64,000 bases of DNA from NCBI GenBank assembly GCA_963693365.1, contig CAVNZM010000016.1:3995957-4059956 (forward strand). The letters are read 5' to 3'. The stretch comes from Amoebidium appalachense. Taxonomy: Eukaryota > Protista > Ichthyosporea. Positions 14,481 to 56,108 of this stretch are shown one piece after another (positions within the stretch are counted from its first letter, which is position 1; every line of letters starts with the position of its first letter). Position numbers and translations under genes: made by a program. The notes beneath the pieces are model-generated. The model was not told the DNA's origin and searched no databases. It was given only the letters and a program-made list of their open reading frames with translations.

Positions 14481-14802
14481 TGGTGGTGGTGGGGGGGTAG
14501 GGGTGGGGGGGTTAGGGAGGCGGGGCGGGGAGGTTCTTGAAGTAGGAGATGTATGCCGGGGAGGCAGTGATGTGGGGACTGTCCGGGACCACGAGATGAA
14601 TCCGTTTGGCCACTGGCAGAGGACTTGGTGTCCCCCACCATCATACTTATGGGTTAGTATACGTGCAGGTAGGATGTGGGGTTGGAGTATATGTTGGCTG
14701 TGAAGGGGTGGTGGGGTGGTTGTTGTGTCTGGGGGTGCGGGGGGAAGGGTACTAGTAGGTGTAGAGGGTACGGTGGGGATGGTAGATTGAAGGGGCTTCT
14801 TT

Positions 14803-14841
<39 letters not shown>

Positions 14842-15648
14842 GACGGGGGTTTGGTGGCTGTCCGTTTGCTTGAGGGGGTTGGGGGGGTTGGGGGGGATGC
14901 AACATCAGACAGGCGTAAAGTGTTGGGTGGGGGTAGTGGTGGTGGTTGCTGGGGGGGTTGGTGCAGGTGGGGGAGCGGGGGGGCTTGGGGAGTTGGTGGG
15001 AGGGGACGTGGGTGGGGTATGGGGGGGAAGGCTGTCAGGCAGGTCTAAGGGGTCTAGGGGTTGTGCAAAAGCAGCCTGGTCTTCGGCAGAAGCACTGGGG
15101 GAAAGGGGGTTTGGGGGGGGTGCAGTGCGTAGGGTGATGGGGTCTAGGATGGTGTAAGGGGCAATGCGCTTGTGGTGGACAGCATGGTTGAGTAGACAAC
15201 CATTAGTGTTTACCAGGATGTAGGTATGGGCCGAATTCTGCTTGTAGACGCGGTAGGGTCCAACCCACTGTGGGGTTAGTTTCTTTGCACGCCCTGTGGT
15301 GGTGTTAGGGGCATAGACCCTGACCAACTGGCCTGGCTGCCATACTTGCTAAGGATATCTTCTGGCCAACCGTTCGCATATTCTAGCATATTATCATCTT
15401 GGGAGTGGACATGGAGGGGGGAGGGAGACGAAGGGGGTGGGAGGGGTTGTTGGTCAGATGATGGGGTTTGGGAGTTCGAGTTGGTTAGTGGGTTAGGCAT
15501 GTTCGATTCCCAGTTATTAGATGTCAGAGGCGTTATGGATGTGGATGTCGGGGGGAATATAGATGTTGGGGATGTGGATGTTGATATTGGCTGATATCGA
15601 TGTAGGTGTAGTAGGTAGTGTGGCCACCATGGGAGGGGTTGGGGGGGT

Positions 15649-15741
15649 TTTGAATGCGGAACACAGTACGAAGTACGCATACACGATGAGAAGCATGGTG
15701 CAGGACACATGCAAAGGCAAACATTCAAGTATGCAGCATCA
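15649..15741 (-). mobile_element. Subfamily B retroposon fragment nested in the LTR element
   Basis: TTTTGAATGCGGAACAC...CAAGTATGCAGCATC with AGGGGTTGGGGG on both sides (TSD-like). Confidence 0.75.
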
Positions 15742-15784
15742 GGGGTTGGGGGGAGGGGGGAAGGTGTGATGAGGGGAGTGGGGG

Positions 15785-15824
<40 letters not shown>

Positions 15825-18800
15825 CGGCTGTGGGGGGGCGGGAAGGGCCGGGGAGGTGGGTGGGGAGAGGTGGGGGGAACGTGGGACAAGGGTGTGTGGT
15901 GATGTGCAGACGTCTAGTATGGGGTGTGTGGGAGGGAGGGGGTTTTCGTATGAGGTTGGGGGCATGGTGTAGGTGGTAAAGTATTTTTGTTGGAAGAGGG
16001 TGGGAGGTTGGGGGGCGCGTGCAACGGTGGGTGTAGGGGGTTTACGTAAGAGGGAGGATGGAAAGGAAGGAGGTACGGGTGGGGGGTTGGGGCCACTGGT
16101 GGGTGGGGCTGTGGGCGAGGGGGGGCGGGCGGTGGGGGTGATGAAGCTTGAGTGGGAGGGGGCGGTGGGGGTGATGAGGCTTGGGGTGGGGGGGGGGGGG
16201 GGGGGGGAGAGTCGGAAACATCCAAGGGGGTTACTTCCAAGGTGTTGGGGGAGTGGATGTCAACGAATGGGATACAAGCAACAACTGTGCGACGCGAGAG
16301 AGAGATGGGCTGTGGGGTGGGGTTGGAGATGGGGAGAATTTGGCGTTGGTGGGGGTGGAGGGAAAGCAAGATGTGGGGGAGCACAATATGGTTGTATGGG
16401 GAGAGGGGGGTCGCCTGTGCAACAGCATCATGCTGGCGGTGATCGGGGGTGGAGGGGTGGGGTGAGGCATGGGACATGTACGGTAGACCGAGGAAGTAAT
16501 GTTATTGCACAACGCGTATACACCAGGTACATATCAGCCAAAGTGCGTAATTTATTGATTTGTGTTTGTAGAAGCAGACGAGGGGGTCGAAGCAGGCGAA
16601 GACGCAGTACACGGGGCGGGAGAAGATGACGACACAGGACACGGTGCAGAGGCGAGTGGCGCAGACACAGAGGGTGGGCTAGCAGGCACGTGCATGGCTT
16701 TCTGTGTGGGGGCGGAGGGGGGGGAGGGGCCAGAGAGGGTGGGTTGGTAAATGGATCGTTCTGGTGTTGAATGTGGATGTTGGGCATGCGATTTTGGATA
16801 TTGATGTTGGACATGGACATGCGATTTTGGATATCGATGTTGGGTATGCGATTTTGAATATTGATGTTGGTGGTAGGCATGTTAAGGCTTTGGCGATCTT
16901 GGGTATTGGTCGGGCGGGGGGTGGGTGACCTAGCATCGGGGGGTGGCGACAGGGGGTGCGGGAGAAGGGGTTGTGGGGGGGGGAGGGGTGTGCGTGTGTT
17001 GGAGCCCAGCATGGATAGCAGCGGGCGAGACGGGGGGGATGGAGAGCTTGGTGAAATTGCACGATGCAGGTGCAAGAGAGATGGGAATAGAGTAGGTGGT
17101 GCCGGCAGGGAGGAAGAGGTGGAATGAGGAGAAATCTTCTATGTGTGTGTGTATGCCGCGCGCAAGGAAGCGATTACAGAAGTCTGTGCCAAGGATGAGG
17201 GGGACAGCGAGATCAGGGGTGACATATACGCGGTGTTTGGGAGTAATGGGTGTGTTGGGGAGGGCGATGGGGGGGGTGGGGGGTGGGGGGGAACATACAG
17301 CCACCGTGCTGTTCATGCTGGTCTGGTGTAGCCCCAGGGGCAACGGGGGGAAAGCCCGGCGGAGGGGTGGGTGGGCCATGGGGTCACGGGATCATGGCCA
17401 CCATACGCTGGGGGTCGCTGCGCTCAGCCAAAAGGCGCTCAAGGCGCTCCCCCCTTTCACGCTCCGCCTGCAGTTGAGCCAAAAGGTCCTGTTGGTGGTC
17501 GCGCACTGCTTGGTCTCGGTCGTGTTGGAGGTTGCGCATTTCGTGCCGAAGGGACGCCAGCTCATTGTCTTCAGGTGCGGGCAGGGCAGGAAGTGTGCGG
17601 TGGGGTGCACGAGGGGGGTAGGGGTTCGGGTTTTCGCGGGTTGTCGTGTGGCGCACAACCGGCCAACGTTTGGGGTCGTGGTCGGGGTGTCCCGGACACC
17701 CAGCATAGTTGCGGCTGTGCTGAGTGTGGCACCACTCGCAGTCGTAGTGGTTGGCGTCAACGTGCATTTCGGCCCTCTTAGTCTGGCCGCGCCCGAGACA
17801 GATGCTGCAAGGGGGGCGACCTCCAGGCGCTCGGGTAGGGTGGGCCTGGATGGGGGGGGAAAGGAGAGGGGTTTGGACGTTGAAATTGGGGGGGGGGGTA
17901 GGCGGGGTACAGGGGGAAGTGAGGGTAGGTCTGGTAGGGGAAGGGGGGCATGCTGTTGGGGTCCGGTTCGGGGGGAAGGGGATGGTAGGGGTTGGTTTGA
18001 GGGGGGTGGTAGGTCGGGTTGGTGGGAGGAGGGTAGTGGGGGGTGGGTGGTAGGATTGGAGGTTGGGTTAGTGTTGACGTTAAACAGTGCCGGGGCGGCG
18101 CCGGTGGGACGGGCGAACGCATTGCCCACGCCCGGGAGGTGTGCGGTCAGCTCCGGGTTGAGAAGCATCGAACGTGCTTGCGCCCCGGGCCGTGTCTGCC
18201 ACAGCAGGGCAAAGTTGGCGCAGTCGGTGCCGGCTTCGCTGAACAGCCGGCGCCCGTGTTTGAGCTTTTTGCCGTCGTTCATGTTGACGTCCACCGCGTG
18301 GGCTGCCAGCTCGAACGCCTGTGTCCATGTCTGGGGTTGTCGATCGTGGGGTCGTACTTGAAGCCCTTAAAGGCCGACTTATACTGTTTTTGACGGATAA
18401 GGTCGTGGAAAACGTCGAGGAAGTCTTGTTTCAAAAGGGCCAGTTGTTGTTGTAGTGTCCCTGCAGCAAGCGTGGTTGAATGGTGCTGTGGAACAATGGG
18501 GTGGCGGTGGTGCCTAGACACTGTGGGAGCGGCATTCTGGCTCGTTTCGTACTTCGGGAGTGCTACGGGTGGGGCCTGTGCTAGCTGCATAGCCCGCAGC
18601 GTTGTTGACAGCTCGGTGATACCAATAGCTTGAGGTGCAGCTGCCATGTTGACGACAAATTTTCGTAGGTCGGGGGGAATCCGTTGTGTATCCGATGGTT
18701 ATCCTAGCAATCCGATGTGGTCTATGTAAACTATGAAGTATATCTCTATTTTGGGCTATCTTTTGATTGCTTCGTCGTGTGTGGGTAGACGTGAGGCCTT

Positions 18801-18951
18801 GGTCACGCGGTCAAGTTGATATGTGGAATGTGGTGTTGTAGCGGGCCATCCAGTTTGAATCCGCGTGAATCTGTGTGTTTGATGGTCTCACCGTGCGGGC
18901 TCCCTGCAAAAAACGTGGGAAGCGTACTGGGCACCACAGAGGGAGACCTTC

Positions 18952-18965
18952 CTACCCTGCTACCA
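18952..18965 (-). promoter_or_regulatory. Primer-binding site, tRNA-iMet-like
   Basis: TGGTAGCAGGGTAG directly abuts the LTR and is complementary to a ...CTGCTACCA tRNA end, typical of initiator Met tRNA. Confidence 0.7.
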
Positions 18966-19166
18966 TGTAACAACGTAATGAACGGGATGGCCTCGACACC
19001 GGGGACACGAGTTTGGTTTGTGTTTGTGTGAAGGAAAAAACTGAAGAGCTCCTGGCTCCGGCCCCCCCTTTTATACTGCCGTCTTTATTGTGACGGGGGG
19101 GCTCTACGTTTCGTGGGGGTTCTTCACATATAGAGTTGCTAGGGGTGGTCGGTATTCTATGTCACA
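18966..19166 (-). repeat. 5' LTR of Gypsy-like element
   Basis: 201-bp direct repeat, followed on the minus strand by the PBS. Confidence 0.92.
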
Positions 19167-19553
19167 TTACATGATTTTGGCAAGCGACTTTGAATTACGG
19201 GTGCTATAAGCCCATGACGGTTTCATCCCAGCTACTACGAAAGGTAGCCCTACGTAACTACGTGACAAAAATGCCTGGAATCTATTTGTCGAGCATGTCA
19301 TCATGTCCTCCAAAAAAAGGAGCCGGGCGTTGTTTGGAACGGCCCGTTCCAAAGGACATCCTTGGATAATGCGCATGCACCCCTGATTATTAGTAGTAGT
19401 AATAAGGTATTATTATGACTAGTAGTAGTAATAAAGTATTATTATGACTAATAGTTGTGATCTGTTACTATAATTTGCAATGGAGCTCATGAACACAACC
19501 ACGCCACTCGCACGGACACCTCATTTGAGGTGCTTGCACCTGTCGCAGGCAAC

Positions 19554-25105
<5,552 letters not shown>

Positions 25106-25134
25106 ATGAATATGGAAAAGCGCTGTGCATATTT

Positions 25135-25800
25135 ATGGTATGGATGTAGAGATATACTGTAAATGCCTCTGAATATGGATGTAGAGAGATACGGTAAATG
25201 CCTCTGAATATGGATGTAGAGATATACGGTAAATGCCTCTGGATATGGATGTAGAGATATACGGTAAATGCCTCTGGATGTGGATGTAGAGATATGCGGT
25301 AAATGCCTCTGAATATGGGTGTAGAGATATACGGTAAATGCCTCTGGATATGGATGTAGAGATATACAGTAAATGCCTCTAAATATGGATGTAGAGATAT
25401 ACGGTAAATGCCTCTGGATATGGATGTAGAGATATAAGGTAAATGCGTCTAAATATGGATGTAGAGATATACAGTAAATGCCTCTAAATATGGATGTAGA
25501 GATATACGGTGAATGCCTCTGAATATGGATGTAGAGATATACGGTAAATGCCTCTGAATGTGGATGTAGAGATATACGGTAAATGCCTCTAAATATGGAT
25601 GTAGAGATATGTGGCAGATGCCCTTAATTATAAGTGTAGAGATATATGGCAAATGTCGCAGTCGGTAATATGGATTTAAAAATATGAGGTGCCGGTAATG
25701 GATGTAGAGATGCAAGATAAATGCCCTTAAATATAGATGTAGGGATATACGGTATATGCCGTTAAATATGGGATGTAGAGATATACCGCAAATGCTGCCG
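25135..25800. repeat. 36-bp minisatellite (ATATGGATGTAGAGATATACGGTAAATGCCTCTRR-like unit), ~14 good plus several degenerate units
   Basis: Tandem units, degenerating toward the right end. Confidence 0.9.
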
Positions 25801-26391
25801 ACGGTGATATGCATGTAGAGAGCTGCTGTACGTGCTAAATGCTGTAAATAAATGTAGAAATGTTTATGTCCCCGAGGGGACCCCTTAGGAGGAAGGAGAG
25901 CATATGGGGAGTGTTAAGGGGAAAGTCACCTGGGGGAGAGAGAGGGAGGGGACGGGGGGAGGGGGGGGGGGGGACTATTTATATCCACGCCTGTACTGTT
26001 TTGTGCTTTGCAGTCTCTGGCAGCACACATATCTGTGGCTTATTGTATTTCTTCGTCTTCAATTTCCAAGCCCCCCCCCTCCCCCCCCCCCCTCCCCCTC
26101 CCCCCTATGCATGACATATCAGTACAAAAGGCGGTGGTGAAAAACTAGCACATATTTCGGAACGGTTTAGTTCGTCCTGTTCAGGTTGGACGATTGGCAG
26201 TTGATTAAGTAATTCCTTTTCATATTTTGCCTGCGTAGATACGAAGTGCTGGTGTAGTTTAGCAACATTGTAATAAAAGGGACGGGGACCTTTCGTAGAA
26301 TCAAGTTTACACAGTTAAACTTTCCTTCAATGGGTATCGTATTTGAATAGCACCATGTGAAAGCCGGCTTTAAGTTAGCCTGTCCCCCTGT

Positions 26392-26478
<87 letters not shown>

Positions 26479-26592
26479 ACCCACCTGCAGTCTCCCCACA
26501 CACACACACACACCACTACCAACCACCACCACCACCACCACACACACCATGTGACCCACCACATGCACACATTCACACAAACACGCACCACA

Positions 26593-26627
<35 letters not shown>

Positions 26628-26846
26628 AAAACCCTAATTCGGACAGATAATTACAGGCGAATCGCTGACAGTGTGGAAGGAAGTGTGTTTTAAAAAAACA
26701 CATCACAGCAGTAGAAGAGGAAGAGGCAAGTGATAATTTCAGTTAGTCGTTCCGGCGACACCGTTCTGCACGTGGCGAATCCGGACTCTTGAAACACAAA
26801 ACTACATCTCGTATTTCAAAGGATCGATATGCGAAGCTGTCATTTG

Positions 26847-27080
26847 AGGACAAAGGGTTCAAAACTAAATTTTCTCATATACCATATATGGTATATGAGA
26901 CTATTGGTCCGTTATATCCCCACCAATCAAATTGAGCGCGGCCATGAACCATGCATGTGCATAACGGCAGATCGTAATCCCCCATACTCCCTAACTCCCG
27001 ATACTCAGTGGGGGCCGATAAGCCTACATATGAAATTTGATCAATTACATAGTGAAATTTCAAAATGAACCCTTTGTCCT
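26847..27080. mobile_element. MITE with 15-bp TIRs (Kolobok/piggyBac-like TTAA context)
   Basis: AGGACAAAGGGTTCA at 26847-26861 and TGAACCCTTTGTCCT at 27066-27080; flanks overlap ttga/ttaa. Confidence 0.65.
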
Positions 27081-27105
27081 TAAATCACTGGAATGGTTTG
27101 GGGAC

Positions 27106-27140
<35 letters not shown>

Positions 27141-29597
27141 TGGGGGGGGGATTACTTTTTATTAACGACGTATATTAATCATGTCTTCCTATAGGTGTGC
27201 TATTTAGGATGCCTTGATATGAGTTCTGAGTGTGAGTTGTGATGAGGTGTCGGCACCAAGGCCAACAGTACTTTCACTAAACAAGATACGCATGTAAAAA
27301 ACGACGAGCTTTTCTTTCCTTTTTTTTTTTTTGTGGATGCTTTAAATTTCCCGAAATAAAGATTATCTTATGACCCATTGGAGTATAACACTAGCTTGAT
27401 CGATAGTGTGCTGGTTCTGTATTTATCATTTGTACCATAATAAATTACTAAATAAATGATGGCAATGCCTGGGATCTGGGCTGTATCTACAGCTAAGCAG
27501 CTGGCTTGATTCGTGACTTTGCACCAATGAGGTAGAGTAGCCACTGGAATAAAAAACGGTGTGTGGCCTGACAAATATATACAAGTGCAAATAGTCACAA
27601 CTGTTATTGGTGCGTGCACAATGATGTACATGTGCAAGCGTTTTACGTTGCTGCCTACCTAATCCCTTAGACCTACCCAGCATATGGAACATGGTATAGC
27701 ATAATATGCGCATGCACCCATGTGCACTGTGCCACACAGTACCTGGTTTCGGGGAGGTCGATGATTGGTTCAAGCTCAAAAATGGTGGTGGGGCCGGGCT
27801 GGACATGACTTGTACAGAGACCAATATAATCATTTCCGAACCGTTGAAAAACCCCCATACCTGAGACTGGTCTCTCTTTGCCTCGAGTAAACAGCGTAAA
27901 CCCAGATCCAATCAGTGAAACAGGTGCTCAAGGTAAAGCCTTTGTGTCTCGAGAATTTCTTCATGGCATTTTTTCTTTTCCATCTCCGCCTTCTTCTTCT
28001 TTTTCTTCTTTTTTCAGGAGAAATGAGCAATACTTCGGAACTGTGTACAAAGCATTATACAAAGGTTCTTTAACTAAAGGGGGTTACTAAAGGGGGTTGC
28101 GCAGCATAGCCAACTCCCATGTACATATGTGTACTCGTCACCTACAACTACGCAGCCTTCAGGTTGTGCGACTGTGTGTAATTGTGTGTGTGTGTGGTGA
28201 CGTGTGTGCACCTTTGTGGACGTGTGTGTGTGTAACCCCTTGTGTGTGGAGGGGGGCAGGGGCGGAAAGGGGGGGGGGGGGAGAGGGGGGGGTCAGTGAG
28301 TGTGTGGTGCACGCGTGTGTGTGGCTGCATACGCGTGCGAGTAAATTTGTGTGTGTGTGTGTGACACGTGTGTGTGGTGGTGGTGGTGGTGGTTGTGGTG
28401 GTGGTGGTGGTGGGGGGGGGGGGGGGGGGCGGGGGATGCGTGTGTGCGTGGTGCATGTATGTGTGTGTGCATGTTGCGTGCGTGAGTGCGCGACGCCGTG
28501 CCACTTTGTGTGCAACGTGGTGTGTGTTGCCGTGTGTATCGTGCACGTTAGCTTGATGTGTGATTGGGGGGGGGGGGGGGGGGGGGAGGGGGGGGGGGGG
28601 GAGGGGGGTGGTTGGGTTAACGCTAGTGCATACGTATACGTGTGTGCACGTGCATGCGCATGCGTGCTTGTGCTAGATTGCCAGATATAGAAACCCTACG
28701 TGAACATAAACGCTAATCAACCGTGTGTATTTAAGTACCTACCTACAATACATTGAGCCTACGCACACACGCACGCACGGGGGGGGGGGGGGGGGGGGGG
28801 AGGGGGGTTGAAGCATCGTATTTATCTTGGTGGCCAATATAATAGCGAATTTATTCAAGCCTCAAAGGCTCATATGTTGCGAATGGGGTTCCAAAGCGTG
28901 GTGTTTACAATACCCTCTCAGAATTTTCGGCTAGATATACGTTTTTATATATCACAACCACATATCTTTATCCGATCTACATGGCATGCTCTTTGCCTAA
29001 AGATAATGTACCTCCCCACACATAATTCCTATATTTTGCATCCGGGATTGTGTTGGTTGTCATAGTGTGCACGCCTATGCATGCTTAAAATAGCTTCCCG
29101 TCATGTCAAGTGTTGCGTGTCTCTCCCAGAAAACCTGCCGCCAAACATGAACAAACAAAAGAACAGCAAATGAAATACAACCACGTATAAACCATGCACA
29201 CCATCAAATATACAACAAGCTGTAATACATGAGTGGCATATGAAATATGCAATTTACTTCCCGTATGGTTTCCCTCGAACTAGCTACAATACATAGGTGG
29301 GATGAAAAACGAGAAACTTTGACACACAGACACAACACGGAAACATCCCCGTGTGTGCTATTCTGTTAACACAACAAAAACATATGCGCACGAAACCTGT
29401 CGCACTATTAGAGAACACTGGGCAAAACGCCGACCAAAAACATAAATGTTGAAATCGCAAATTTTCAATCAGCGACGGGGAGCCATCTCCGTCTCATCGT
29501 CGGATCCACTCAACAACTGATCGTCTTGATCAAAAGACGTGGGCTGCTGGGGGGCCCGGGACCTCCCATTGTCGTTGGGTGCACCCCCGTTCCTGAG

Positions 29598-30150
29598 ATA
29601 GACGGGAGAGATATGAATAAATTGCATACAGGACGGGAGATATATGAGTAAATTGCATATTAAACGGGAGACATATGAATGAATTACATATAGGACGGGA
29701 GATCTACGAGTGAATTAAATATAAGACGGGAGATATTAGTAAATTACATGTTGGACGGGATATATATATGTAAATTACATGTAGGACGGGAGATATATGA
29801 GCAAAATACATGTTGGACGGGATATATATGAGTAAAATACATGTTGGACGGGAGATACATGTGCAAATTACATATAGGACGGGAGATACATAAGTGAACT
29901 ACATATTGCGCGAGAGACATATAGGACGGGAGACACGAGTGAAATACATATAAGGTGGGAGATATGAACGTATTACATTTAGGCCGGGAGATATATGAGT
30001 GAATCACATATAAGACACGAGATATCTGAATAAATTCCATGATTATTTGATTTGAGTGAAAATGGAGAAAAAGAATTACAAGAGACGAGAGATATGTGAG
30101 TGAATTACGTATAAAACGGACATTTGAATAAATTACAACCGAGACGAGAA
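29598..30150. repeat. ~31-32-bp degenerate minisatellite (GACGGGAGATATATGAGTAAATTACATATAG)
   Basis: Recurring GACGGGAGA anchor at ~31-bp spacing. Confidence 0.85.
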
Positions 30151-30464
30151 GGTTAATGAGTAAAATACATACTAAACGGGTAACGAGTGAACAGAAAAAT
30201 GAGGCGGGAGAGAAAAGTAAAAATTGTATATGGAATTTCAGATATGAGTAGTGTATTACACATTTCGAGGGATAGGAGTAAACTACACAGGATTTGTGAG
30301 TGAACTACACAATCCCAATCTCTTAAACCAACCATCGCATCTCCCATTTTAGACAAAATCAAGGTTGATCCGATCGAGGATTCCAAATTGCCCTGGTGCC
30401 GCCTAAGAAATTATCGAACTTATCAAGCAATCGAGGGAGTGACGTCATCCTGGGCACACTTTTC

Positions 30465-52213
<21,749 letters not shown>

Positions 52214-52612
52214 CCTGCGTGGTTGGGGGAGGGGGGTGGGTGTGGGGGGAGGGGGAGGGGGGAAGGGGCAGAGCAGGGGCAAAATGGGTGAGCAAAAAGG
52301 GATGCAGGTGGGAAAGGGACGGGGGGGAGGGGAGGAGGGGGAGGGGGGAGGGGGGAGGGGGGATGTATGCGTTAGAGGTTTGGAACTATGGAGGAGACAC
52401 CAGAGGACAACAACAAAACGTTACAAAAATGAGAAACCCGAAATCAAACAATGTAGGTGTGCAGGCAGAAGACACTTGAACAGAGCCTTTCGTCAGGGTT
52501 AAGGAGGGAGGGAAGGGGAATACGCTGGGGAGGGGGGGGGGGGGGGGGGGGGGGAGAGGGGGGGGGGGGGGGGGGGGGGGAACGGGACGGGAGAGAGGGA
52601 TTGTGTTTGGAA

Positions 52613-52645
<33 letters not shown>

Positions 52646-52782
52646 TGAGGCGGGGAGGGGAGAACGTGTTTTAGGTGTGGGGTGGGTGGAGGAGGAATTT
52701 AACGTTCACAGAAACAACACATCCACCAAAAAAACTGGACAGTGCAGCTTTGTGCCCTTGACAATTCTACCAGCAGGCCGCA

Positions 52783-52817
<35 letters not shown>

Positions 52818-53335
52818 CAACTATGCATGCAACCACGCACAAACGTGGCCAGACACACAAAGCAACAAAGGCCCACACTCGGTGGCACCCCCATCAAACG
52901 CACAAAGAACACGTGTTTGCACAACAACACATGAACTCCGGTCATGTCTAAAATGCACTGGCACACATGCACGAGTGTTATAACCCTTCTGTGGTACACA
53001 CTTCTTTGTTGCGCATCACTGCTCAATATAATAAATATAATAGAACCCATAATCAATTACAAGAAACAAGCACACGCTGCGAAATCTTATTTGTTTCCCT
53101 TCCCAGAGTACAAAAGCCACCCGAACCTCATTCCCTCGAGGTCTCTTCAACTCACCGACCCATGCTTCTGCATGCGAAAATGCTAGACTGGCTCTTGGAA
53201 AAGAGAGCTAAAAAGGAGCGGACATAAAAACATAAAAATCGGTGGAGTGGGCGCGTGGGGGTTTTGGTAACTGTGAGAAAGGGGCAAGGCAGATCGAAGG
53301 CGAGAGTGGTGAGGAGGAGGAAGGGTGGGCTGGAA

Positions 53336-53373
<38 letters not shown>

Positions 53374-54190
53374 ATCGAAGGCGAGAGTGGTGAGGAGGAG
53401 GAAGTGTGTGCTGGAAGGGGGGGAGGGGGGGGGGGGGGGGGAAGGGGGGGGGAAGGGGGGGGGGGGGGGGGGTTAGCTTGAAGCAGTGGAGGAAGAAAGA
53501 CAGAGAAAAGAAAACCAACGAAAAGAGTCCTTATGGGTAACCACGCAGAAGAAGCCTACGTAGAATGAGTGACAGAAACGCCACGTTCCTACCTGGAAAT
53601 GTGTCGGAGATCCCTCCACACGAAGTATCAAACGGGTTTCAAACCCTTGTGGTGAAACCAGGTGTCAGGTAGAACGCCACTTGTGGGAGCCTAAGTATAA
53701 TGAATTATCTCAGTACGTACCGGTAACTCAGGCTAAAGCTAGGGAGAGCGAGAGTTCCCAACGCTGATGTTCACCAACTCGGAGAATCCTACAGACCCCG
53801 TCACGTTCGGAACTCACAAAAAGTTTGCACAGCTGTTGAGGTTCGCCCAAGACCACCATGGAGTGTTAACGTAATGATACTAAAACTAATATCTTATAAA
53901 ACAAAATTATGTTATGTTTAAATAGCTAAAACGATCCAACCATTGGAGTTTTAAGTTTATACTGCATGAGCCGCAGGATTGGCTTGTTGGTTTGTCGTTA
54001 TTTTTCATTGGCATTTGAAACATTTATTTCTTGACAACAGCAACTCGATTGGCTGACCCTTAGCATCTTGATCATAACGTCATCATGCACGTACCGTATG
54101 ATGGCGGGAGGTGACGGGTCACGGGGGGCGGCCGGGGGGGTTGGATGGGGGGCAGGGCCGCAGAACCCACCTGTGAATGTGCCCTCGCCC

Positions 54191-54222
<32 letters not shown>

Positions 54223-54260
54223 TTTTTTTTCCCCCCCCCCCCCCCCCTCCCCCCCCCCCC

Positions 54261-54305
<45 letters not shown>

Positions 54306-54408
54306 CCCTCTCTCTCTCTCTCTCTCTCTCCCCCCCCGCGCTCTCTCTCTTCTCTCTCTCCAAGTCTCCCTCTCCCTCTCCCTCTCTCTCTCTCCCCTCT
54401 CTCTCTCC

Positions 54409-54455
<47 letters not shown>

Positions 54456-54469
54456 CCCCCCCCCCCCCC

Positions 54470-54508
<39 letters not shown>

Positions 54509-54815
54509 CCCCTCCCTCCCTCCGAGTCTCACTCGCTCACTCTCTCTCTCGCTTTCTCTCGCTCTCTCGCTCTGCGCATGCCGCTCTGCCGCTCTCCCGC
54601 CCTCCCGCTCTTGCTCTAGCGCTCTCTCTTTCCATCTCTTGATTCTCTCCCTCTCTCTTCCCTCCCTCCCTCCGTCCTTCCCTCTCTATCTTTGGGGCAA
54701 CCATGTGCATGCGGTATGATATGCGACAGCAACAAAACACCTTGCTGCGCAGACACGGGGCCCATGTCGACAGACATACGCACACACACACACTCACTAC
54801 ACACACACACACACA

Positions 54816-54858
<43 letters not shown>

Positions 54859-55868
54859 ACGCCACGCACACATACGCACACACACACTATAGGGAAGACG
54901 AGTACTCGGCATAGTCGATCAAGCAATAAGTATTGGCATATTTGCCCGCGCACCGATCTTCTACACACAGCTTCACTTACTGAAGGTCGATACTGTGTGC
55001 CACACATGGTGACTTATAATTTCATGAAATTTGTTGTTTGTACGAGGAAAGGGAGATGCCATCGCCCTCTCAGAACAGCAGTCCAATATTTCGAACTTCA
55101 AGGCTTCGACTTGACATTTCGCTCGTGTGGTGCACGCGTGCCACAAAGTTTCCAAATTTACCCTGTCGTCAGGCTAAAGGCCTATGAATAATGCGGCGGT
55201 GATGGGACGTGTACTTGTGATAAAGAGCACAAAGGATACAAAATGTATAACGGTAGGGATGTGAGAGAAAGAAAATCTACCGACGTACACAGTTCCATGT
55301 TCTTGGTTCATGTATATTTTGGCGCCACCAGGGCAACCGGACCACATATGACCGACCATGACTACTGACCCACCGGTTGAGCACAACCAGTCAGCTTATA
55401 CCTGATACAAAGGCAAATTATGTACATTTTATTTAAACACTCAAGAAACCCGTTTAAACAATAAAACGACGGTTGCCTAACACGGCACCAAACAATACTT
55501 GGCATTGCAACACAATGTGATACAAGGTATGCAAACAAAGATGCCCTTCGTGTTTGTTGTGTGACGCCTGGACTAGGCACATTTCCCCGATACTTTAAAT
55601 TGCCGAGCGCGGTCTAAAAACATTCGCTTTACCAAACTTACCCCTTCCATCGGCTCTATGCCAATTACCCAAGATCACTTACACAAACGTCAACTAGAAC
55701 CACATAGCTTTGCCGAACCTCAATTAGGAACAGCCAGGCGCGTCGGCAGCACATTCAAGAAGTATCAAAACCTATAAATCGCAGGCGTCCCAACATCTTT
55801 CAAACAACACGTCGTCTCCAAACATGCGCCATTCAAGACAGCTGCGGTGACCCAGCAACTACACAAAT

Positions 55869-56077
55869 TTAGACAAACTGGTAAGAGAAGAGGTTTCCGT
55901 ACGAGGCACGTACTGCATCGACGATGAAGTCCCTGTCACGGATGACAACCTTCTTGCCGGCACGGGCAATACGCTCGGCAATCAGAACCTTGGCAGACTG
56001 CAGAAGGGAGAGGAACACTAATTAGGAACCAGCAAATATCGTCTGGATGCATAGCTAGAAAAGGCCAAACACTTATC

Positions 56078-56108
<31 letters not shown>

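Larger units (their letters stand above)
13560..19166 (-). mobile_element. Ty3/Gypsy-like LTR retrotransposon, internally deleted/non-autonomous, recent insertion
   Basis: Two 201-bp TG...CA LTRs (13560-13760, 18966-19166) that appear identical by eye, flanked by TSD TTAC (13556-13559, 19167-19170). PBS TGGTAGCAG follows the minus-strand 5' LTR. Internal gag-like ORF pieces (18647-17384), a protease-like remnant (VYVTPDLAVPLILGTDF, ~17250-17150) and an integrase GPY/F-module remnant (KKLTPQWVGPYRV, ~15330-15150). No RT or RNase H motifs recognised. Confidence 0.9.

Noticed and set aside
17096-18361. 421-aa plus-strand ORF inside the LTR element
   Set aside because: Antisense shadow of the C-rich gag-like region; no recognisable domain.
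25135-25800. 36-bp periodic array resembling a CRISPR repeat in length
   Set aside because: Units are contiguous with no unique spacers, there are no cas genes, and the context is eukaryotic; it is a minisatellite.
29598-30150. Repeat-spacer-like pattern with a GACGGGAGA anchor
   Set aside because: Intervening segments are degenerate copies of one another, not unique spacers.
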